A stretch of DNA of 32,000 nt, taken from Vibrio alginolyticus NBRC 15630 = ATCC 17749. Its GTDB lineage: Bacteria > Pseudomonadota > Gammaproteobacteria > Enterobacterales > Vibrionaceae. This document shows positions 1 through 9,470 of this stretch, piece by piece. Both the position numbers and the translations under genes were made by a program. The notes beneath the pieces are model-generated. The model had not been told where the DNA came from. It worked only from the letters and a program-made list of their open reading frames with translations, and did no database searches. The stretch is from contig NC_022349.1 in the NCBI RefSeq assembly GCF_000354175.2, positions 2,370,001 to 2,402,000 on the forward strand. The letters are read 5' to 3'. Within the stretch, counting starts at the first letter, position 1. Each line of letters opens with the position of its first letter.

Positions 1-1
1 C

Positions 2-3215
<3,214 letters not shown>

Positions 3216-3234
3216 CGACACTGTTCGTGATAGT

Positions 3235-3265
3235 AAAAAGCAGCGAGAAATCGCTGCTTTTTTTG
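3235..3265 (+). terminator. Rho-independent terminator of gyrB
   Basis: Stem GCAGCGA (3240-3246), loop GAAA, stem TCGCTGC (3251-3257), followed by T7 (3258-3264). Confidence 0.85.
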
Positions 3266-3277
3266 TTTTCAGCCCTA

Positions 3278-3301
3278 AACCACCTACTTCAGTAGGTGGT
3301 T
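3278..3301 (+). repeat. Left-end subterminal hairpin of the IS200-type element
   Basis: Perfect 10-bp stem AACCACCTAC / GTAGGTGGTT with loop TTCA. It shares the CCACCT...AGGTGG core with the right-end hairpin. Confidence 0.7.
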
Positions 3302-3329
3302 ATCATCCGTTTCGGCTTTGCCTGTAAAA

Positions 3330-3392
3330 CTACTCATGCTAAATGCGTCTTTGATTTTTCCAGAAGTCAAAGAGGACAAATAACATGAGTAG
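3330..3392 (+). promoter_or_regulatory. Nested stem-loops occluding the tnpA Shine-Dalgarno and start codon
   Basis: Outer 9-bp helix: CTACTCATG (3330-3338) with CATGAGTAG (3384-3392, contains the ATG at 3385). Inner 7-bp helix: TCTTTGA (3348-3354) with TCAAAGA (3367-3373, overlaps the AGAGGA SD at 3371-3376). Confidence 0.55.
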
Positions 3393-3819
3393 ATACAATC
3401 AAGCTTCCCACGTATTTTGGCGTTGTCAATACCATATAGTGTGGACGCCAAAGTATCGATTTAGGATCTTGAAGAACAATATAGGTAAAGAAGTTTATCG
3501 ATGTATTTATGTTTACTGTAATCAACTTGGATGTGAAGTCGTAGAGCTAAACGTACAAGTTGACCACGTACATTTAGTTGTAAAGGTCCCACCAAAGCTT
3601 TCGATATCCAAGTTGATGGGGGTATTGAAAGGCAAAATAGCCTTAAAGCTATTTAGCAAGTTTCCTCACCTTAGGAAGAACAGGCTTTGGGGTAATCACT
3701 TTTGGCAAAGAGGCTATTTTGTCGATAGTGTTGGAATCAATGAAGAAATAATACGCCGATATGTAAGACATCAAGAGAAGCAAGAGCGAGTAGAGCAGCA
3801 GCAATTGGCGCTGGACTAA
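3385..3819 (+). CDS. tnpA: IS200/IS605-family Y1 (HUH) transposase TnpA, 144 aa
   Basis: Matches the IS200 TnpA pattern W-C-YHIVW-PKYR, has the HUH motif in VDHVHLVV, then PPK-S-S..G.LKGK, FWQRGYFV..VG, and the catalytic Tyr in RRYVRHQ. SD AGAGGA lies 8 nt upstream of the ATG. Confidence 0.93.
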   Translation: MSRYNQASHVFWRCQYHIVWTPKYRFRILKNNIGKEVYRCIYVYCNQLGCEVVELNVQVDHVHLVVKVPPKLSISKLMGVLKGKIALKLFSKFPHLRKNRLWGNHFWQRGYFVDSVGINEEIIRRYVRHQEKQERVEQQQLALD

Positions 3820-3825
3820 ACAAAG

Positions 3826-3842
3826 GCCCCCTTTTAGGGGGC
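3826..3842 (+). repeat. GC hairpin just after the tnpA stop
   Basis: GCCCCC-TTTTA-GGGGGC. No T-run follows, so it is not a canonical terminator. It lies inside the inferred right end of the element. Confidence 0.6.
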
Positions 3843-3852
3843 TCACACAAAG

Positions 3853-3872
3853 CCACCTTCTTTAGAAGGTGG
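3853..3872 (+). repeat. Right-end subterminal hairpin of the IS200-type element
   Basis: Perfect 8-bp stem CCACCTTC / GAAGGTGG with loop TTTA, in the same orientation as the left-end hairpin and with a related sequence. Confidence 0.7.
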
Positions 3873-4014
3873 TAATTTACTTTACCACCAGCTAAAATCG
3901 CCACTTTCTGCTAAAGCGGATGTTTTTCTGGTACTAACTGCCAACAACCCGATCAAGCCTGCCATTTTATTTCTGTTTTCTTTTTTTCTCGCCATTTTGT
4001 TCGCTTGAGCGTTT

Positions 4015-4042
4015 TTGCTTTCTTTTTTCTGCTCGCTATAGT
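4015..4042 (+). promoter_or_regulatory. Putative sigma-70 promoter for the downstream leader and Gre-like gene
   Basis: TTGCTT (4015-4020), 16-nt spacer, TATAGT (4037-4042). Pattern match only. Confidence 0.35.
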
Positions 4043-4100
4043 GCTGAAGAGCTGATGAATAAGGAGACTAAGAAAATGGTGATGACTTTCCTGAACTAAG

Positions 4101-4121
4101 CCGGAAGTGATGCACTTCCGG
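4101..4121 (+). other. Perfect 9-bp hairpin directly after a 7-codon mini-ORF
   Basis: CCGGAAGTG-ATG-CACTTCCGG. It starts 2 nt after the TAA (4097-4099) of the mini-ORF ATG GTG ATG ACT TTC CTG AAC TAA (4076-4099), which has an AAGGAG SD at 4061-4066. No T-run follows. Confidence 0.5.
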
Positions 4122-4172
4122 TTCAATGCACTGAATTTATTTGTAAGACAAGGCATTAAGAAGGAAATAATC

Positions 4173-4589
4173 ATGTTTGAACGCTGGTTCTCAGCGTACT
4201 GCTTGGCGCTGCGAACTTGGTGGTTAACCAGTCGCTTTTTAACCTATCAATCACCACTAAGGTTGTTATCGCTATTTGAAACCTGCGAGCAACAAGCCCA
4301 TTGCCGTAACCGAACTCGTATTGCGGTTGGGGACACGGTTCGCTTAGTGGATGTTGAACGCGCCTATCAATATCGCATGACATTGGTCAGCTCGCGCAAG
4401 GGGCAACCCATGACAGGTATGCTCGCGGTCGATTCTTATTTGGGGTCTCGACTATTAGGTCGAGCTAAAAATGATGCGCTCGAAGTGGAAATTTTTAATC
4501 AGCGACGCTGCTTTGTGATTACTGAAATTGTTCATCAATCGCAACCACCAGCTCAGAAAATGCTGTGTGGTTGTCTGTTGTGCCAATAA
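4173..4589 (+). CDS. GreA/GreB C-terminal-domain (Rnk-like) family protein, 138 aa, with an atypical N-terminus
   Basis: The C-terminal part (IAVGDTVRLVD...MTLVSS...LAVDSYLGSRLLGRAKNDALEVEI...FVITEI) follows the Gre-C / Rnk pattern (V.GS.V...tLV.p...iS..SPlG.ALLG...GD.v). I chose the start at ATG 4173 because AAGGAA lies 6 nt upstream. The upstream in-frame starts at 4107/4110 lie inside the hairpin and lack an SD. Confidence 0.75.
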   Translation: MFERWFSAYCLALRTWWLTSRFLTYQSPLRLLSLFETCEQQAHCRNRTRIAVGDTVRLVDVERAYQYRMTLVSSRKGQPMTGMLAVDSYLGSRLLGRAKNDALEVEIFNQRRCFVITEIVHQSQPPAQKMLCGCLLCQ

Positions 4590-4603
4590 ATAGAGGTGAA
4601 GTC

Positions 4604-4732
4604 ATGAGTAAGAAAGAAAAGAAACAACCGCAGTTGAGTCTAAAAGAAAAGCGCAAACTAAAGCAGGAAAAGGCGGCAGAAAAGGGCGTTGTAAAAGCGC
4701 GTAAATCCTCCCGCAAGCAAAGTGTAGATTGA
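4604..4732 (+). CDS. Hypothetical 42-aa lysine-rich small protein (MSKKEKKQPQLSLKEKRKLKQEKAAEKGVVKARKSSRKQSVD)
   Basis: ATG is preceded by GAGGTG at a 6-nt spacing and lies 14 nt after the upstream stop. An intrinsic terminator overlaps its stop codon. The composition is low-complexity, so coding status is not certain. Confidence 0.5.
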   Translation: MSKKEKKQPQLSLKEKRKLKQEKAAEKGVVKARKSSRKQSVD

Positions 4733-4757
4733 GCCCTCCAGAACGGCGGGCTTTTTA
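4732..4757 (+). terminator. Rho-independent terminator of the Gre-like / small-ORF unit
   Basis: AGCCCTCC (4732-4739), loop AGAAC, GGCGGGCT (4745-4752) with one mismatch, followed by TTTTT. Confidence 0.65.
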
Positions 4758-4832
4758 TCACTGATCGCGAAGTGATGAGGAACTAAGCTGTTCAAGGGGA
4801 TAGTGGATGCTTTAAAAATTTTTATTTTTTCC

Positions 4833-4863
4833 CTTGAAAGTCATTTTTGACGACCTTATATCT
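4833..4863 (+). promoter_or_regulatory. Sigma-32 (RpoH) heat-shock promoter of ibpA
   Basis: CTTGAAA (4833-4839), 14 nt, CCTTATATCT (4854-4863), compared with the consensus CTTGAAA-N13-15-CCCCATNT. An A/T-rich UP-like tract (4811-4830) lies upstream. Confidence 0.7.
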
Positions 4864-5094
4864 AGTTATGAAGAGGGTGACTGGCTTGCTAGAGACTAGA
4901 AGACCAGCCCTCTGAAATCGCTAAAACGAGATCGCTCAGAAGAGGATATGGCGTTTTAGCACACAACTTAAACCTTTAGATTCAATATCATGTCTCCGAG
5001 CCAAACCAAGGCCAGTGGAATGATAAGAATCTCTTAGTTCGGCGTTGGTTTTTGCATAAACACGCCAGTAGGATGAAACTCATCTGAACTAAGA

Positions 5095-5124
5095 CTATTG
5101 CTTAATTAAGAGGATAGATTTATG
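5095..5124 (+). promoter_or_regulatory. ROSE-like RNA thermometer hairpin sequestering the ibpA SD
   Basis: CUAUU-G-CUU (5095-5103) pairs with GAGGAUAG (5110-5117), leaving G5100 bulged opposite the SD. The 5' arm contains the ROSE signature UUGCU. The AUG is at 5122. Confidence 0.5.
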
Positions 5125-5559
5125 CGTAATGTAGATTTCTCACCACTATACCGTAATGCAATTGGCTTTGATCGTCTGCTAAACCTGATGGAAGCGAATA
5201 CAGCGAAAAATACTTCTGGCGGTTACCCTCCATACAACATTGAGCAAAAAGACGAGCACAACTACCGTATTACTATGGCCGTTGCTGGCTTTGCTGAAGA
5301 ACAGCTCGATCTAACTCAAAATGAAAACATGTTGATCGTGAAGGGCGAGCGTAAAGCAGAAGAAGGCAAAAACTACGTTTACCAAGGTATTGCAGAACGT
5401 GATTTTGAACGTAAATTCCAGCTAGCGGATTACGTAAAAGTCGTGGGTGCATCAATGGAAAACGGTCTGCTTCATATTGATTTAGTTCGTGAAATCCCTG
5501 AAGCCATGCAACCACGTAAGATTGCTATCGGTGGTACCAACCTGATTGAGAACAACTAA
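5122..5559 (+). CDS. ibpA: Small heat-shock protein IbpA (Hsp20 / alpha-crystallin family), 145 aa
   Basis: [21 protein letters not shown]...GGYPPYNIE...[10 protein letters not shown]...[16 protein letters not shown] is near-collinear with E. coli IbpA. SD AGAGGA is upstream. Confidence 0.95.
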   Translation: MRNVDFSPLYRNAIGFDRLLNLMEANTAKNTSGGYPPYNIEQKDEHNYRITMAVAGFAEEQLDLTQNENMLIVKGERKAEEGKNYVYQGIAERDFERKFQLADYVKVVGASMENGLLHIDLVREIPEAMQPRKIAIGGTNLIENN

Positions 5560-5587
5560 TCAGTTAACCACCCGGTTATAGAATGAG

Positions 5588-5616
5588 AAAGAGCGCCATA
5601 TGGGCGCTCTTTTTAG
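5588..5616. terminator. Terminator between convergent ibpA and avtA (bidirectional in appearance)
   Basis: AGAGCGCC (5590-5597), loop ATATG, GGCGCTCT (5603-5610). TTTT follows on the + strand and TTTCTC on the - strand. Confidence 0.8.
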
Positions 5617-5685
5617 TTTGGGGTTTTCAAATCCGCTATTTTAAAGCTGTAATTTCAAAGAGAAGAACGGCTGAGTTCAATCCGT

Positions 5686-6939
5686 CTATTTACCTTCGCG
5701 GTAAGCCTTTTCCACTTCTTCAGCGATAATCGCAATGCCTTTTTGCATCATCTCATCATCTTGAACGTAGTTCATACGCAGGCATTGGTGCGCGTGATCC
5801 CACTCGTCTTGCTGACCAATAAAGAAATATTCACCAGGGACAATCAATACGCCACGCGCTTTCAAGCGTTGGTACAGTTCCATTGTTGTGATTGGCAGTT
5901 CATCAAACCATAACCACAAGAAGATAGCGCCTTCCGGCTTGTGGATGCGGAATCGCTCATCGGTAATTGCTTGTTGGAGCAGTTCAACCGCACGTTGCGA
6001 CTTCTGCTTGTAGAACGGCTTAATCACCTCTGAACTCAGTTTAAGCAGATCGCCTTTACCAATGATGTGGTTTGCCAACGCAGGCCCAACACTGCCTGGA
6101 GCTAGGCTGATGATGCCGTTCATATTGGTTAATGCTTGAGTGATTTCTTCACTCGCAATCACAATCCCACAACGCACACCTGGCAAGCCAAGTTTAGATA
6201 GGCTCATGCATAGGATGGTGTTTTCATTCCAGAACGGTTCGACATCTTCAAAGATGATGTTCGGGAAAGGTAGACCGTAGGCGTTATCGATGATCAGCGG
6301 GATGTTGTTCTCACGTGCTAGCTTGTCCAGCTTACGTACTTCTTCATCTGTCAGTACATTACCCGTTGGGTTAGTTGGGCGAGACGCGCAGATTGCCGCA
6401 ACAGAGTCGTCGACGGCGAGTTGCTCAAAATCGACGTGGTATTTAAACAGGCCGTTATCTAACAGCTCGATTTCTGGGTGGTAAGAGATAAAGATATCTT
6501 CATCAATGCCAGCATCACCATAACCGATGTATTCAGGCGCGATAGGCAGTAGCACTTTCTTGTGCGAACCGTCTGGCTGTTTACCTGCCAACAAGTTGAA
6601 CAAGTAGAAAAAGCCACTTTGGCTACCGTTAGTTAGGCTGATGTTTTTTTCGGAAATATCCCAGCCGTAAGTTTCACGGAATAACTGAGCTAGCGCTTTG
6701 ACGAACGCGTCTTTACCCTGCGGGCCATCGTAGTTGGCGAGGGCGGCGACGAGCTCCCCACTGGCGAGCATTTCCTCACTGGCTTGGTGAAAGTAATCGA
6801 GCATGGCAGGAATGGCGGCAGGATTACCTCCACCGAGCATGATGGCACCTGGTGTGCGCAGGCCATCATTCAAATCGTCCATTAACTGCGTAATACCTGA
6901 ATACTGATTAAATTTTTCACCAAACTTTGAGAACTGCAT
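5686..6939 (-). CDS. avtA: Valine-pyruvate aminotransferase (alanine-valine transaminase C), 417 aa
   Basis: N-terminus MQFSKFGEKFNQYSGITQLMDDLNDGLRTPGAIMLGGGNPAAIP closely matches E. coli AvtA. It has the PLP-lysine context SLSKLGLPG. Confidence 0.93.
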   Translation of the reverse strand: MQFSKFGEKFNQYSGITQLMDDLNDGLRTPGAIMLGGGNPAAIPAMLDYFHQASEEMLASGELVAALANYDGPQGKDAFVKALAQLFRETYGWDISEKNISLTNGSQSGFFYLFNLLAGKQPDGSHKKVLLPIAPEYIGYGDAGIDEDIFISYHPEIELLDNGLFKYHVDFEQLAVDDSVAAICASRPTNPTGNVLTDEEVRKLDKLARENNIPLIIDNAYGLPFPNIIFEDVEPFWNENTILCMSLSKLGLPGVRCGIVIASEEITQALTNMNGIISLAPGSVGPALANHIIGKGDLLKLSSEVIKPFYKQKSQRAVELLQQAITDERFRIHKPEGAIFLWLWFDELPITTMELYQRLKARGVLIVPGEYFFIGQQDEWDHAHQCLRMNYVQDDEMMQKGIAIIAEEVEKAYREGK

Positions 6940-7120
6940 GCTGACTTATACCTAATTCATTGTGATTGCTTTGTGTATGTTTATGCCGATGTTTTATCGG
7001 CTTATCGAGTAATCCTTGACCTTACCTCAATGTGTAATTAACGCAAAGTGTGAATTAAGCCGAAAAAGAAAAAAGTGCGTCATCAGACCAGAGGAACGAG
7101 ACAAAAGGGCAAAAAGAACA

Positions 7121-7148
7121 ATAAAAAAGGGAAGCTTATGCTTCCCTT
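7121..7148 (-). terminator. Rho-independent terminator of the amylase gene
   Basis: GGGAAGC (7129-7135), TTAT, GCTTCCC (7140-7146). The A6 run at 7123-7128 gives a U-run on the minus strand. Confidence 0.8.
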
Positions 7149-7168
7149 GCTGGTGGAAAGAGTGTGAT

Positions 7169-9253
7169 TTACTCACCGGTGTAAACAATCAGCACCTTGT
7201 CGTCTTGGTATTGGCGTTCGAACGCGTAGTAACCTTCTTGATTGCGAGTGATGTGCTTACCTTGAGCAACCGCTGGGTGGCGTTTACGGAATTCACCCAA
7301 CTTTTGCCAATGTTGCAGCAGATCTTCACGCTCGCCATGAATCTTATCCCATGGCATATCTGAGCGTGTGCCTTGGTGGGCGTCTGAACCAGTAATGCCA
7401 AAATCACGAGCTATCTCATCACCGTAATAGATCTGTACTGCACCGGGAGCCAGCATCAGTGCATTCGCTGCACGTGCTTGGTCATCAAAGCTGCGGCTGC
7501 GCGCTGACCAAAACAGCTGTGTATCGTGTGAAGACAGGTAGCTCAACACGTTGAACTCAGGATCGGTATTGATGCGTTCTGCATAACGGCGGTAATCATT
7601 ATCAAGTTGAGCGAAACACTTCAGCGCTTTTGGTGCTACATCAGATTGGAACTCAAAGTTGATGATGGAATCGAAGCCGTTATCGAAATACGGACTCTTC
7701 ACCACGCTGTGTGCCCACACTTCACCTGTCATCCAGAAAGGTAGGTCATCCAAGGCTTTGTTCGGGTTGTTTTGCTTCCATTGAGCAAGCGCTTGGGTGG
7801 TGCTGGCTTTCAGCTCTGCCCACGCTTCCATTTCAACGTGTTTGGCAGTGTCGACACGGAAGCCATCAATGCCGTAGTCGCGCACCCACTCGGATAACCA
7901 GGTAATCAGGTGTTCACGCGGGGTTTGCAGCTCATTTTGCGCATTGGTGTCTTTATTGTGGAAGAAGTTTGGTAATCCGGTTTTTTGAGTTGATTCGGTT
8001 TTTAGATCCGGTAGGTAGTTCAAAGACATGGTGATGTCGTTGTAGCCCGGAGCATCGTAGTCGCCAATGTCGGTGCGAATCCAGTCTTTGCCCCACCATT
8101 TATCCCACGCTTCGCTATCACCGTATTTGATATAGTCGTTGAAGCTATGCCAGCTTTGTCCTGATTTTGGCTGCCAGTCGGTCCATTTTTCACCGAGGAC
8201 TTCTTTAGCTTCTTGGTCATCAAGGTAAAGCTGACCAAAGCCGAATTCCTGCATGTCTGCTAATGTGGCGTAGCCAGTATGGTTCATGACCACATCCCAG
8301 ACTACACGGATGCCTTTCTTGTGGGCGGTATCGATGAAGGCTCTCAGCTCATCTTCGGTACCCATGTTGGCATCAAGCTTGGTCCAATCTTGGTGGTAGT
8401 AGCCGTGGTAGCCGTAGTGCTTAAAGTCGCCTTTATCGCCGCCGCCAACCCAGCCGTGGATTTGTTCCAGTGGTGAGGTTATCCAGATAGCATTGACACC
8501 AAGTGATTCGATGTAATCGAGTTTTTTCGTCAGACCCGCTAAGTCACCACCGTGGAAGGTACCAATCTCATATTTTCCGTCTTTGCTGCGACCGTAGCTG
8601 TTGTCGTTGTCTGGATTGCCATTGTAGAAGCGGTCGGTCATGACGAAGTACACCGTCGCATTGTCCCAACTGAACGGTTTGTCGGCTTGCTGTTCAACTT
8701 CTTCTAGCAGCAATAGACCTTGGCTCATAGGACCCGGTTGCATGGTGACGCTGCCATTGGCGACAGTGGTTTCTTGTTCGGTTAAGGCATCACGAACGAC
8801 AGTGCCATCATTAAAAGTTTGAGCAACGTTGATGGTTTTTGGCGTGTCAGTTGCGACAGGGCAAGAGTAGGTGATGTCCTGACTTTGTTTTGGTTTAATT
8901 TTTACCGTCAGTTCGTTGGTGGTTGGATTGAGCGTAAATTGATAGGTATTGGCTTTGAAGATGCGCAGCGGCATTTGTGCATCAGTGGCGCAATTATCCA
9001 TTTTTAATGGACGATTGAATTTGATGCGATCTTCTTCTGCTAGGGCAAAGCTACTGCCACAGCTTTGCTTGCTGTCAGCAATGGTAAAGGTATAACTGCC
9101 TTTTTCGAGTTTTTGCTCAGCGACAAGTAAGCCTTGTGAGTTTTCCTCAAAAACAGCGGTGTCATCACCAACGTTTAATACGATGGCATTTTCTGGTATC
9201 TGGCTGCAGGCGCTCAGTAGACCGATAGAGAGTGCGAGAATTGTTTTTTTCAT
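7169..9253 (-). CDS. malS: Alpha-amylase, GH13, predicted lipoprotein (694 aa), MalS-like
   Basis: Signal peptide with lipobox LLSAC. GH13 conserved regions are present: DVVMNH, GFRVDTAKH, GEVW, SSHD. An N-terminal ~190-aa extra domain precedes the catalytic barrel. It is adjacent to avtA, as malS is in E. coli. Confidence 0.9.
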   Translation of the reverse strand: MKKTILALSIGLLSACSQIPENAIVLNVGDDTAVFEENSQGLLVAEQKLEKGSYTFTIADSKQSCGSSFALAEEDRIKFNRPLKMDNCATDAQMPLRIFKANTYQFTLNPTTNELTVKIKPKQSQDITYSCPVATDTPKTINVAQTFNDGTVVRDALTEQETTVANGSVTMQPGPMSQGLLLLEEVEQQADKPFSWDNATVYFVMTDRFYNGNPDNDNSYGRSKDGKYEIGTFHGGDLAGLTKKLDYIESLGVNAIWITSPLEQIHGWVGGGDKGDFKHYGYHGYYHQDWTKLDANMGTEDELRAFIDTAHKKGIRVVWDVVMNHTGYATLADMQEFGFGQLYLDDQEAKEVLGEKWTDWQPKSGQSWHSFNDYIKYGDSEAWDKWWGKDWIRTDIGDYDAPGYNDITMSLNYLPDLKTESTQKTGLPNFFHNKDTNAQNELQTPREHLITWLSEWVRDYGIDGFRVDTAKHVEMEAWAELKASTTQALAQWKQNNPNKALDDLPFWMTGEVWAHSVVKSPYFDNGFDSIINFEFQSDVAPKALKCFAQLDNDYRRYAERINTDPEFNVLSYLSSHDTQLFWSARSRSFDDQARAANALMLAPGAVQIYYGDEIARDFGITGSDAHQGTRSDMPWDKIHGEREDLLQHWQKLGEFRKRHPAVAQGKHITRNQEGYYAFERQYQDDKVLIVYTGE

Positions 9254-9407
9254 TGTGTCCTTCCCCCGAATAAACAGTCCAGTTATAGCAAAACTGTGCC
9301 TCTACAATCCGAGCTCTACACCAACAAGTTAAACGCGTCTCACCCTACAAATTTTAGTCTTGTTCACAAAATGAATAATAAGCGTCACCTTCATCGGTTT
9401 GAAGGCA

Positions 9408-9437
9408 ACAAAAAAGGGAAGCATCTGCTTCCCTTTT
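9408..9437 (-). terminator. Rho-independent terminator of glyQS
   Basis: GGGAAGC (9416-9422), ATCT, GCTTCCC (9427-9433). A-run on the + strand at 9408-9415; TTTT also follows on the + strand. Confidence 0.8.
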
Positions 9438-9470
9438 ACTTATTTCTTAATCACTTCGAAGAGTAATGAA

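Larger units (their letters stand above)
3266..3880 (+). mobile_element. Minimal IS200/IS605-family element (IS200 group, tnpA only, ~0.6 kb); the exact ends are not determined
   Basis: A single Y1 HUH transposase gene is bracketed by two related same-orientation hairpins: AACCACCTAC-TTCA-GTAGGTGGTT (3278-3301) and CCACCTTC-TTTA-GAAGGTGG (3853-3872). There are no terminal inverted repeats, as expected for this family. The element sits directly after the gyrB terminator. Confidence 0.7.

Noticed and set aside
4107-4172. The upstream extension of the Gre-like ORF (GTG 4107 / ATG 4110) given in the ORF track.
   Set aside because: Both codons sit inside the perfect hairpin at 4101-4121 with no usable SD. 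ATG 4173 has AAGGAA at ideal spacing. The extension adds 22 non-homologous residues.
3953-4174. A 73-aa minus-strand ORF with a Lys-rich C-terminus between the IS200 element and the Gre-like gene.
   Set aside because: The Lys-rich part is just the complement of a T/C-rich low-complexity tract. I saw no convincing SD, its start overlaps the SD/ATG of the + strand gene, and I recognised no family. It is treated as spurious, and the tract is reported separately.
6984-7002. The hairpin GCCGAT-GTTTT-ATCGGC just upstream of avtA (minus strand).
   Set aside because: It is a short 6-bp stem with no U-run on either strand and no recognisable motif. It could be part of the avtA 5' UTR, but there is nothing to support a specific function.
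7016-7363. A 115-aa + strand ORF spanning the avtA-amylase intergenic region and the 3' end of the amylase gene.
   Set aside because: It is antisense to the well-supported amylase CDS and its terminator. The Lys/Arg-rich start derives from an A-rich spacer, and there is no SD.
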